Positions 1-12,200 of a stretch of DNA of 64,000 bases are shown here, piece after piece. Position 1 is the first letter of the stretch, and each line of letters begins with the position of its first letter. Location: contig CAIIXF020000001.1 in NCBI GenBank assembly GCA_903813345.2, positions 1,612,001 through 1,676,000 on the forward strand, written 5' to 3'. A program made the translations under genes and the position numbers. The notes beneath the pieces are model-generated. The model was given only the letters and a program-made list of their open reading frames with translations, searched no databases and was not told where the DNA came from. Source of the stretch: Owenia fusiformis (taxonomy: Eukaryota).

Positions 1-270
1 AGTGCAGTTACTACATATTTCATTAAGGAAATGTTCTGAACCTTTTGTTCGCATTTTGTGAATTTTCCATATTATCAAAGGCAATTGGAATATAAAGTGC
101 AGAATGGTGGGCAGATTTAAAATATGAAAATTGAATGATTCAAATATCCGGGTGAAAGTTTTATAACAAGAAACCTTCCAGGTAGTTTCAACCATATGTA
201 TCACTAAGTATATAGATTGTTCAGCATTGATTTCTATATACTATAGTGTTAATATGACTCTATGTTTCAG

Positions 271-3200
271 CTATGCCTTGACTGTCTCTGGAAGACACTT
301 GGCTGAGAAATGTTCAGACTTTGCCCAAGCTTATTACAACTTCAGTTCTGTAAGAGGAATACCTAAAATACCAGAAGCATCAAGGTAAGTACATACATGT
401 ATTTTATATTCTTGTATTCTAGTCATGATTACTGTGTGTATTATAGTTACCAACTAACACTACCTGCAGTAGGAAGTTAAGAATAGTATCCTATCCTATC
501 TTAGGAAATAAATCATACAAATGTAGGGCTACACCATGCCCAATAACAGAAAATAGGCAATTGGCTGTACAATGCATGAAAGAATTGTTATATATGCAGG
601 TTTACATTCCCTCATACTAGGGCTCATAGGGAGATGTTGTTTGAATCTCATAATGATAGCTATCCATTGTGTCGCATGTAGGCATTAATTCAAGTGCATT
701 ATACTATAGTATATATGTAAATGAAAATAACATAACAACTTGTATGCCTTAAGATCTGTGTTGTATGTGTCTTGCTTTAATGCACCTACCTATGTTTATG
801 GTTGGCTATATTTTAGTACTCAGATAGGTGCAGAAAGGCTGTGTTTGGTGATAGATTCACAAGAGAAAGAGAGGGAGAGGCTGATAGGGTTTGCTAGACA
901 GAGGGGAATTGTCACAAAAGTGCGAGAGCTACCTGCTGGCGACTATGTGTGGCTTCTGCTGCCCCCTGGTGCTGATGGGAGCCAGGATATACCTAGTAAT
1001 AGAGAAATGGTAGGCACCTACTTGTATCACCCTTGGTATACGCAGCTAACGAAAATTGACCGGTACGGGTCAAAAGCTGGACCGGTACGGGTTAACGGTT
1101 TTATTTGAATTTAAAATAGCCATAACTTGCTCAATATTGACTTCCTTGTGTCTAATTTGAAATATATGATGCCTCCCGATGCTTTTAAGTACCCCAATTT
1201 TTACAGATTTGTAAACGGACCAAAACTCTCTAAATGCGCATTTTTGCTCTTTTCTCTCGAGAACGACTGTCTCATTTTCACGATAACTTTTATTTAGTAC
1301 TTCTAACATATAAGATCTATTTTTCCCCATCAAGGTATGATGTAAATGACATGCTATTTACATCTTGTGAGTTTCAATGACGCGCGTTTGATTTTATAAA
1401 AAATGCCAAACTTTGTGACAAAGAATTTCATCCTGCTTGCAGCGAGAAGACGGACCGGTTCGGGGCAATCTGCTTGCAGCGAGAAGACGGACCGGTTCGG
1501 GGCAATAGCTGATGAAATTCTTTGTCACAAAGTTTGGCATTTTTTATAAAATTAAACGCGCATCATTGAAACTCACAAGATGTAAATAGCATGTCATTTA
1601 CATCATACCTTGATGGGGAAAAATAGATCTTAGAAGTACTAAATAAAAGTTATCGTGAAAATGAGACAGTCGTTCTCAAGAGAAAAGAGTATAAATGCGC
1701 ATTTAGAGAGTTTTGGTCCGTTTAAAAATCTGTAAAAAATTGGGGTACTTAAAAGCATCGGGAGGCATCATATATTTCAAATTAGACACGAGGAAGTCAA
1801 TATTGAGCAAGTTATGGCTGTTTTAAATTCAAATAAAACCGTTAACCCGTACCGGTCAATTTTCGTTAGCTGCGTATACCAAGGGTGTGTATGGAAGACA
1901 TTGTTGAGCTTATCTGTCTGGTTCCATAAATCCACCATCCCTTTATTTACAATGTCAGTTCATTGAAATATTGATCCCTAGGATAAACATTGAAGTCGTG
2001 TGTTTCATTTCCAAAAAAATTAAGATACTTTTACATTACTAATTTACTGCATTATACAGTACATGTATCTAAAAACGAATGTGCACTTAATTGAAAAAAA
2101 TATTCATTGAAAATTGAAGTTGCCAAAAATCTAAATTCTTACAAATTGCAAGGTCACTTAAAATTAACTTTATGGAAATTGTGAAATGTTTCACCCTGAA
2201 CACTTTATGTCTGATACATCCCTTTGGAGGGATCTGTGTTCGTTCCATTCAATTTGTATCCATTCAGTTTGTTGAATTATTAGATGCTGCCTTACATTGT
2301 GGAGAGGAAGTCCTGGGATGACCTCTTTGACAGTATGAGAACATCACGCTTTGACAAGCAGATTGTCAAAATGCAGGTAAGCATAGCAAGATCCCAAAAT
2401 GCAACCTTTAATTTTGGAAATAAAATTCAACCGCAGTAAAACCTTTAATTTTCCTGTATAGAAACATTAGTAGTGTACCATGGAGCAAACAATTGTATAT
2501 TTACTTATCTTTGTATTTGTGCAATAAAAAGAACACTGAAACTCAATTTCAAATTATTTAGATGCTTTCCTCAAGGCTCCTGAAACATTACATACCTGTA
2601 TATAACTTAAAAGGTTAAAATGAGTTCATTGAGAATTTGTTTCAGTTTGACAAGAGAGATTACTCACATGCTAATTAATTTACAAACATATTTTTCAGAG
2701 GTGTGGCCTGAAGAACATATTCTACCTTCTAGAGGGATCCATCAATGATACAAAAAGTAAACTGACTGATGAAAAGAAAACACAAATAAAGGTTTGCTGC
2801 TACTAACAATCTTAAAGGAATATTCCTTGGCAGACCCTTTCTCTCTTGATATGGTAGCTATAATCATATATATAGTTTCCATATTTAGGAAAACATGGGA
2901 AAATGTTTTAATATGGTCAATATTGATCATTTAAAAATCTAGTGCTTATTTCCAGTGAGCTGCCATCTTTTAAGATTTCTTGCAGGAAGTGATGTCATCA
3001 ACTCTCAACTTCTATAACCTTGCCCATAACAGTATAGGAAAGTAGCACAAAATCACTTCTAGGCAAGTGATCATTACTTTCTGTGCAAAAATATTTTCAG
3101 GGCTTGTCAACTTAGAATAAAAGAAGATATTTTCAGAATGATTAAATAAGATACAAAGTTGAAAAAGAATATTTGGCTGGTTTTGTAATTCTTAATAGCT

Positions 3201-6200
3201 CCTCACCTAATGCTATATGCAAAGTTGAGAGTCGATGACATCACTTCCTGTGTGAAATTTTAAAAGATGGCAGCTTACTGGAATTGAGCATCACATTTCT
3301 AAGTGATCAAATTTGACCATATCAAAACATTTTTGCGTGTTTTGCTAAACATGGCAAGCATATATATGGTTATAGCTACCATATGAGGAGAGAGATGGTT
3401 TGGCAAGGAATATTCCTTTAAGTATGAACCAATTAAAAACACTGAACTTTCAAACTAATAAAAATCTTAAGAATAAACAAATTAAGAAATATTGAACTTT
3501 ACAATCTTTAGCATTGGTGAGTGCTAATACATGTACAGTAGTTAAATACAGAAAAATATGATGTGCAACCATAGTGCACAAGTACATATTCACTTTAATA
3601 CAAAATAACAAATCAAAACAAAGCATTTATAGCTAAATTATGAGAAATCAAAGAGAAATCAAAGAAAGTCTAGATTTAAATATTTAATTATACCACCGAA
3701 TGAGGTGAGAGGGGGATATAATGAAGCCGTCCATCTGTCCATTTGTCTGTCCATTCGTGTGTCCTTGCGATGGCTCAAATACCAGTTGACGGATTTTATT
3801 CAAATTTTATAAGCTTAGGCCTTATGGGTGTAAAACCTCTGCTCGAGATGGAATTTTCAATATGGCTGCTCAATTCAAAATGGCCATCATTTTCATGAGA
3901 AATTTAAGCTTTGATAATTCATATACTATATTCAAATTTGAAGAATTTTGATCAAACTTTATTTGCTGATTCCTAGGGACATTAAGGAGCTTTGCTTAAG
4001 AATAAATTTTCAAGATGGCCGCAGAACTTCAAAATGGCCACCCTTTTTTGTAAGAAAAATGTAATCTTTGAAACCCAAATACCAGTGGATGGATTTGGTT
4101 CAATTTTCATATGCTGATGCCTAGGTACACAAGAGCTCTGCTCATGAAGACATTTTCAAGATGGCCACTGCATTTGAAAATGGCAGCTATTTTTCATAAA
4201 ATGTAATCTTTGATTACATTGGATCAGAAAATTCAAAATGGCTGCCTAGAGTTGAAATTCTCTATTACTCAGATATCTCTTCATACAAGGCATTAACATG
4301 ACAAAATGTCACCACTTCGTTCCTCAAATCTGAAATCTAAAGTCAGATTTGAAATTCTGAGAACTTGTAGATGGTTTTTAAAAAAAATTGGTCAATATCC
4401 CAGATGAGAGTGGAAATAATCTTGATTTACGTCATTAAAAATTCCGTCAAACTGATGTCATATTTGGAATCTACATGTAAAATTACATTTAGAAATGTGG
4501 TTTTGAAAAGAGTTGATCAACTTTGAATATTTAATTTTCTTTGAAAATGTTACTTCTAGGTCGGGGAGATTCCCCATAGACCCCATTTTGTTGTAAAACC
4601 ACAAAAAGTGAAAAAAAAATTTTCTTGTGTTGGGCAGATAATATTTTCTTTTACTGGACATATTTTAATTTGTATAACTATCAGATACATAAGGGTAATA
4701 TGAAAAGTGAACCACTAAAACTGATCCATATTCAAGTTTAAGGGAATTTTGTAATACCCTGCCATGTTAATTCCCCCGAATCAGCCACCTGGTGACGAAA
4801 CTGGTAACTACCTTCTCGCATCTGAGTAATTAGAAGCAAGTTAAAAAAAGACCTTTTTGACCTTGAGAAGGTCAAATCTAAAGTAAGATTTTAACTTCTG
4901 AAAATTTGTAGATCATTTAGGAAGACATTGTTGGATTATTCCATTGGAGAACTGTTATGGATTATTGAAATGCTTCTTGATCTGTAACCTTGTCAAGGAT
5001 CATCAAGGATATTTATCAACATTGAGAGATCATTGATTGGACATAAGTATGACAACATATTTTATATATCTCATTTAGTTTTTTCAAAATATAGGTACAT
5101 TGTTATATTTTAATTGCTGTTTTTACTTTCCTTTTTCCATTATTATTGAAGGTAACAGAATCTATTGCAATTCTAAACTGAATAATATGTGTATTGTATG
5201 ACCCAGTAGTAACATCTGCATGCAAGCTTTCTTAATTTATGTTTAAATGTCACATTTAACATTTTTCTCCTCTAGTGGATTTCATGATGCATGTCTTTTG
5301 TGAAAATGTTTTAGAACAAACATCACATTTGAAGTTCTTTCCTCAAGTATGAATTCTATAATGTGTGTTAAAGGAAGATTTATGCATAAATGTTTTAGAA
5401 CAAACATCACATTTGAAGTTCTTTTCTCCAGTATGAATTCTATAATGTGAGCTAAGATATGACTTTCTTGAAAATGTTTTAGAACAAACATCACATTTGA
5501 AGTTCTTTTCTCCAGTATGAATTCTATAGTGTAAGTTAAGAGTATCCTTTCGTCTAAATGTTTTAGAACAAACAGCGCATTTGAAGTCCTTTTCTCCGGT
5601 ATGAATTTTATAATGTAAGTTAAGAGATGACTTTTCTGTAAATGTTTTGGAACAATCATCACATTTGAATTTCTTTTCTCCAGTATGAATTCTATAATGT
5701 ATGACGAGAGAAGATTTATGCCTAAAGGTTTTAGAACAAACACCACATTTGAAGTTCTTTTCTCCAGTGTGAATTCTATAATGTCTGCTAAGATGTGACT
5801 TTCTCAAAAATGTTTTAGAACATACATCACATTTAAAGTTCTTTTCTGCAGTATGAATTCTATAATGTTGGTTAAGAATTGGCTTTCTTGAAAATGTTTT
5901 AGAACAAACATCACATTTGAAGTTCCTTTCTCCAGTATGAATTACATAATGAGCGTTAAGAGATGACTTTCTTGAAAATGTTTTAGAACAAACATCACAT
6001 TTGAAGTTCTTTTCTCAAGTATGAATTCTATAATGTTTGTTGAGAGAAGATTTATGCATAAATGTTTTAGAACAAACATCACATTTGAAGTTCTTTTCTC
6101 CAGTATGAATTCTATAATGTGAGCTAAGATTTGACTTCCTTGAAAATGTTTTAGAGCAAACATCACAATTAAAGTTCTTTTCTCCAGTATGAATTCTATA

Positions 6201-9200
6201 ATGTTCGTTAAGCTGTGACTTTCTTGAAAATGTTTTAGAACAAATATCACATTTGAAGTTCTTTTCTCCAGAATGAATTCTATAGTATAAGTTAAGAGAA
6301 GCTTTTTGTGTAAATGTTTTAGAACAAATCTTGCATTTGAAGTTTTTTTCTCCAGTATGGATTCTATAATGTTCCACTAGTACACACTTCCATTTACACA
6401 CTCTATGGCATATATCACAAATATGTGTTCCTTTGTGGCCATTTCCTCGTGCCTTAAGACCAGTAGTAATGATTTTACCACTAGAAGTATCAGCATTCAT
6501 CAAAGAAGTAGAACTATTTGTCATACTTTTGGCAGTATTTATCCCATCAACATTGATTATCACGCCATCAGCATAATTTATTACACTTTTGGGATGATGT
6601 ATCATTACACTAGCATTATTTTTCATAAAACCAGCATCATTTATCACACCATCAGTGTTAGTGACCTTGCTACCATAGTCCATGATGTTTTCCATAGTAA
6701 TGTTGAATTTGCATTAATTAATTCCCTGGTCTTGTGTATGCCTCAGTTCCTGAATAAAGTACATGTATATGCATTTATTCAATGATGGTGAACCTTCTAG
6801 CAATCTCAGATAGTCCCTGATATAAATCCTTTAGTGTTATGCTGTATGGTGTGGATTTCATGTTTCACATTCATGTCACTCTATTATTGGGTTTCTTGTC
6901 CAAAGAGTCATTTTCTGTTCGATTCAAAATAGCATTTTCCGGTCTAATAGAGTCAAATAAACATTGTAGACCTTTCTGTCATGTGTCATACTTTTTTCAG
7001 AATATTTTAGAACAGCATCATTGAATAGTAAATAGCAGTCTTTTCTTGGTCTTATTTGAAACACTTGTTTGGGTCGTATTGTACCACTGTATTATTCTCA
7101 TACACATAATCAATTGTAAGTTTATCTGCTTACAGATTGTCACTGTTACTCTACTTACTATATTTACTCTAGTAGGCTCATGATAAGCTTAGATATAGAT
7201 TGGATAAGTCCAATTTGTTTGGCTGTAATGAAGATTGTACAGCACCATCCAAGTACAACACATTATGTGATTTGATAGGTTATCATGTATATAAACATGG
7301 CTAATGAGGGTCTTTCTAATTCTTTATTATCCCATTGAACAAAGTTGGGTGCTATAGAGAACGGCTCCATATGTATGTCTGTACATCTGTACGTCCTTAC
7401 ATCCATCTGTTTGGGCAATAACTCAACTACCATTGACTCCATATTGTTTATAATTTATATGTCCCATGTGAGTTCAAGCTCTACTCGAAAGCCAATTTTC
7501 AAAACGGCTGCCAGTTGGCCAACATTTCAGTGTCAAGTTTACAGTTTTTAGTGCAACAAATAAAACTGTAATATAGATATATTTTGAGTGAAAAAAATAT
7601 ATAGGATTTTGAACATTTTTATGTGTGCTATTTTAGGTTGTTGCTACAACTGGAAAAGTTTGGACCGATTTTGTTGGAATTTATATGTGAATACTAAGAA
7701 GCATATTAGACTTTCTAATTTCACTTTGGCTGGAAAGCAGCCATTTTGAAAAAAAGATGCCATTTTTATGTTTGTTATTTTACATTTTTTGCTATAACTG
7801 AAAAACAGTGGAGGAAATTTGTTGGAATTTTATATGTGCATATTGCACTGCTGTCTAATGACAATTAGGCTAATTGGCAGCCATTTCCACAAATGGCAGT
7901 CATGGCTGTTTGATAGGATTCACTACGCCTTGGTGTTGCTGTTATCTAGTTAATTTTTTTTTATTTGCAAACCTGGAAAAATTTGGATGTGCCATTTCAT
8001 TTAATAAAATACAATATATTATTAACATAAAGTCTCATGCTGTTTTATTTAAGACCAGGATCCAAAAGCTGCAATTTGAGGAAGACATATTTGTGAATTA
8101 CACAGCATCTTGGCTGAAAACGGTCCAGTGGCTTGTCCAGATCACTTCCCTTATAGCAGATGCATACAGATCAGGTGTGTATTCAGGAAATTAATTCCAA
8201 AATTAAAGATATAATATATTTTCTTGATAAGGATTACCATTTATAATGAATAATTCATAACCTTTGGAAAATTCTACCTCCTCTTAAGGAACTTAAGGAA
8301 TCTTGAAATTAGTCTGGGATTTTTTAAAAGAATTTCTTATTTTTTAGTATAAGACCATCTCTCTTTGAATGAATTTTCAAAGCGTCTACAGTACATGTAT
8401 GTTCAAATAAGTATTAATATTCAAGTGATATATTTCACATGGACATTTAGTTGTTTCAAGACCCTGGACCCCCCCCCCTCTTTCCTCTTTTATCATGTAA
8501 TGTGTTAAAGTAGATAAGAGGGGTCCACAGCCTTGAATCAAGACTAATGAACATTGTATTCAGTAAATCTAGGCTATATCTTCCTCCTTTCAAAGGACAA
8601 GTCTCAGTTCGGAGAACAGTCTCCTGGGCAAAAAATTATTTTTATGAAAATATAGAAATATCACCAAAATTAAATTATGAATATTCAAAAGAGAACATTT
8701 AAATCGATAAGATGTATAAATATCACAATTGCCCTCGGCAGGGATAACTGTGCAATAGACCGATTCAATAGAATACAAGTCTTGATTTGATGAAAAAAGT
8801 TCATCAGTGTACTGCGCTAATAATTTTTTTATGAAAAATCTAGAAATATCACCCAAAGTAAATTATAACTCTATTCAAAAGAAGACATTCAAATCTATAT
8901 TATGTAAAAAAATCAAATTTGTCTGAAGCAGGGATAATGCTCAATGAGACCAATGAACTTCGTTCTCCAAACCGAGAATAGTCCTTTAATGTAACAATGA
9001 CTATCATGATTCCAAAATATTTCCCTTTTAGGCATGGACACCCATGATAGGTTGATGAGCTATGCAGAGTTCTGTGAGAGAGTACAACATGGGGATAAAA
9101 GACACAGGGACAGGAGACCAAGGGAATATCATACTTGGCCAGCTGGTTTCTTTGTAGACTTGTTGTTCAGGTGAGGATCAAAAGTGTTATTTAATCTTAC

Positions 9201-12200
9201 AATTTACACACAGGGTGAAAACATTAAAGGTGCAACAATTAGTGCAGGAGGGCCATTCAACAATCATCGACTAGTGTCAAAATGTATTTAAGTTTGGATA
9301 TTTCATCAAGTCTAACATATATTTTTATTATCTACAAAGAAACCCTCTGGATGAACATTATTTCAGCTGATATTCCTCTTGAAACGTAGTAGATCTGAAA
9401 AATCTATAAGTGGAACACCCTTTATAGAAGCTTTGAACTGAATTCACACTTCTTAATGATAGTTTATACATACATTTCGAGAAAATAGGTATGTCAAAGA
9501 ACACTGGCATGTAGCGGCCCTGATATCGATAAATTCTACACGCAATATAACCCGATTCTAGATGCTTGGTTAAAACTTTACACGAAAAAGCCTCGATATC
9601 CGGGCATTTACTCTTACACTGAACTGAAAATAGCATCATCTAAACGTATATGTGTTGGCTTCCGGGTAAGTTTATCAACATTTATACTCAATTGAAAGAG
9701 CAGTCGTGCTTATATCGTGTACCAGTTTGATTATTTTATATGTGTGTGTATTTATAATATGATAGCCTAGTAATACCGTGTCGTTAGAACAACTGCTAGA
9801 TATCGAACTGATGACCTGAAATTACATTATTGGACTGATCGCGCATCTGATATTAAATGATTAATTTGCATTGAATCTGATATTAACTTGCAACCCAATA
9901 CCATGCCTTTACATTTGAATGATAACACGGCCTAATATTCTAATTCATTATACGTCCATTGCAGGCCAAAAATGTTTCAATGTGGATATTGTAATGCACA
10001 CGAGAATACATTCGATTTGTATATTGATCATACATCAATTGAACATGGAGATTTTCCTGTACACTTTTCCCAAACCTGTGGAATAGACTAGATGCAAGTA
10101 GAAATTATCTTGATTTACGTCATCAAATATTCAAAATTCAGTCAAAGTGATGTCATATTTGAAATCTACATGTATAGATACATCTAAAAATATGGTTTCG
10201 AAAATTGTTTATCAACTTTGAAATCTTTTTTTAGATATTTTTGAAAATAATTAAAAAATGTAAAAAGAAATTTTTTGAAAAAATTCGAAACCATCGAATA
10301 TCACTTTTTATTCCATAGTTAGCATGATATCCATAGGATAACATGTCAAAATAAAAACGGTATTTTTGAAATCAGTGGTAAAATATGATATTTTTGACAA
10401 ATTTTCACTTAAAGTGTGCACCAAAGTTTAATACTGCGCAGGCGCAGCGTTCTCGCTATATAAAGAGATCACCAGGTACACGATTCAGAGGTAAGCAAGG
10501 AAGGCGAACAATCTCCGTCTCGTGATGATTTCCCGTATAATCGTAACCAGGGAAGTTTCACCATTGAAATTGAAAATTACTATTAGATATACTTTGTAGA
10601 TGTTATTTATGAAGCTATTTAGTGTATGTATCAATCAAATGGCTCATTTTGGACATATAAAAAGTATTTGTCTTTTGTTTCCCCGGGAATCGTATTCCCA
10701 TGTAGTACACACATAAATAGTGTACATTATGTAGTACATATTGAATAGCCTGGTATAGTAACACCGTGTTTTTATAATATTGAAGGGCATGCTGATTGTA
10801 CACACGAGTACAAGCATGCTAGAAGGCCTAATTTTATATAGCTTGCATACCTAAATAAAAAATAAACCCTTCTAATCCCCTTATGTAAATACGGCGGTAT
10901 ACGTAGCCAGATTTATCGGAATCTTTAACCATAGCATACGGTGTTTTAGCCATGACATACGGCGCCGTATGCCATGGTTTATGGATTTTTGCTACTTCAG
11001 ACTCAAAACGAGGCTAAGTGACAATATCGCCGTATCGTTTGGAAAATTTGTTTTAAATCACTTAATTCACGATGATTCTGATGATGACTTTAACTATGGA
11101 ATAAAAAGAACATCCTATGATTTACTCGTGATATGATTTTAATCCACTCATGGATGTTGATATCTGCACTCTCTCGCTACGCTCATGCGTGCAGATATCA
11201 TATCCATTTGTGGATAAAAATCATATCACTCATAAATCATAGGATATCCTCTATATATATATTTATCGTCTATTATCCTATGACAAGTAGAGTAGAGAAA
11301 AAATAAAAAAAATTGAAAAATTCAAAAAAGGAAATAAGATTAATTTTTTAGAAAACTACTTGGTATATGATAAAGCAGATATGTGCGGTCAGTTTGGATA
11401 CGGGGTTTATCCCTCGTGAGATATGCACGTCTACGTTCGGTCCCTATGGTCCATCAGGCAGATGGAGATTATCCTATATTCCATACCTGATGAGGTTTCA
11501 GAGACATATCAACCGGGAATATATTCCATATCCGGCAAATATTTTTCGTATGTCCCGCTCCAACGGAGCTCCGGGACATATAAATCGTATGTCCTGCTCA
11601 AAAATAAATTTAAAAATAAATTCGGGAAAAAAATGTGAAAATAAAAATTTGAAAAAAAAATTGTGGAAAAAATTATGTAAAAAAAATTGGGGAAAAAAAA
11701 TTTGAATTCCCAAATTTTTTTTTCATTTTTGAAAAAAAATTGAAAATAAAAAAATTAAAAAAAAATTGTGGAAGAAAATTATGTTAAAAAAATATTGAAA
11801 AAAATTGAAACAAATTTCTTGAAAATATTCTGAAAAAAAATTATGCAAAAAAATGTGAAAAAAAAATTGGAAAAAATGTGAAAAATTTGGGAAAAAATTT
11901 AATTTTTGAAAAAAATTGAAAACAAATTTGGAAAAAATTGAATTTTTTTGAAAATGATAACATATTTTGCAAGTAAACACACCAGATCATATGGGATACA
12001 TGCTTATTATTTCAAACCTCATCAGGTATGGAATACAACAGTTATGCACGGTCGATTTGGATACAGGAAATATACTTGGGATATACAATACATCTTCCCT
12101 TGGTCCCTTCGGTCCCTCGGGAAGATATATTGTATATCCCTCGGGATATTCCCTGTATCCAAAACCTCCCAGTGCATAACCCCTATATATAGTTTAGCAT

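Noticed and set aside
1070-1333. 87-aa ORF
   Set aside because: Lies within a MITE arm; no domain signal, and the mirror arm has an indel.
5282-6250. ORFs 5282-5746 and 5942-6250 (IIEFILEKRTSNVMFVLKH repeats)
   Set aside because: Off-frame shadows of the zinc-finger repeat.
5255-6695. PRDM9 assignment for the zinc-finger array
   Set aside because: No SET, KRAB or SSXRD sequence was found nearby; array homogeneity alone is not diagnostic.
271-9170. Calling the gene the canonical MUS81 orthologue
   Set aside because: The winged-helix and ERCC4 parts are MUS81-like, but the C-terminal (HhH)2 is not seen and the long UIM/knuckle tail is atypical. Orthology needs a phylogeny.
11367-11980. K/F-rich ORFs
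   Set aside because: Translations of an A-rich low-complexity tract inside a non-autonomous element.
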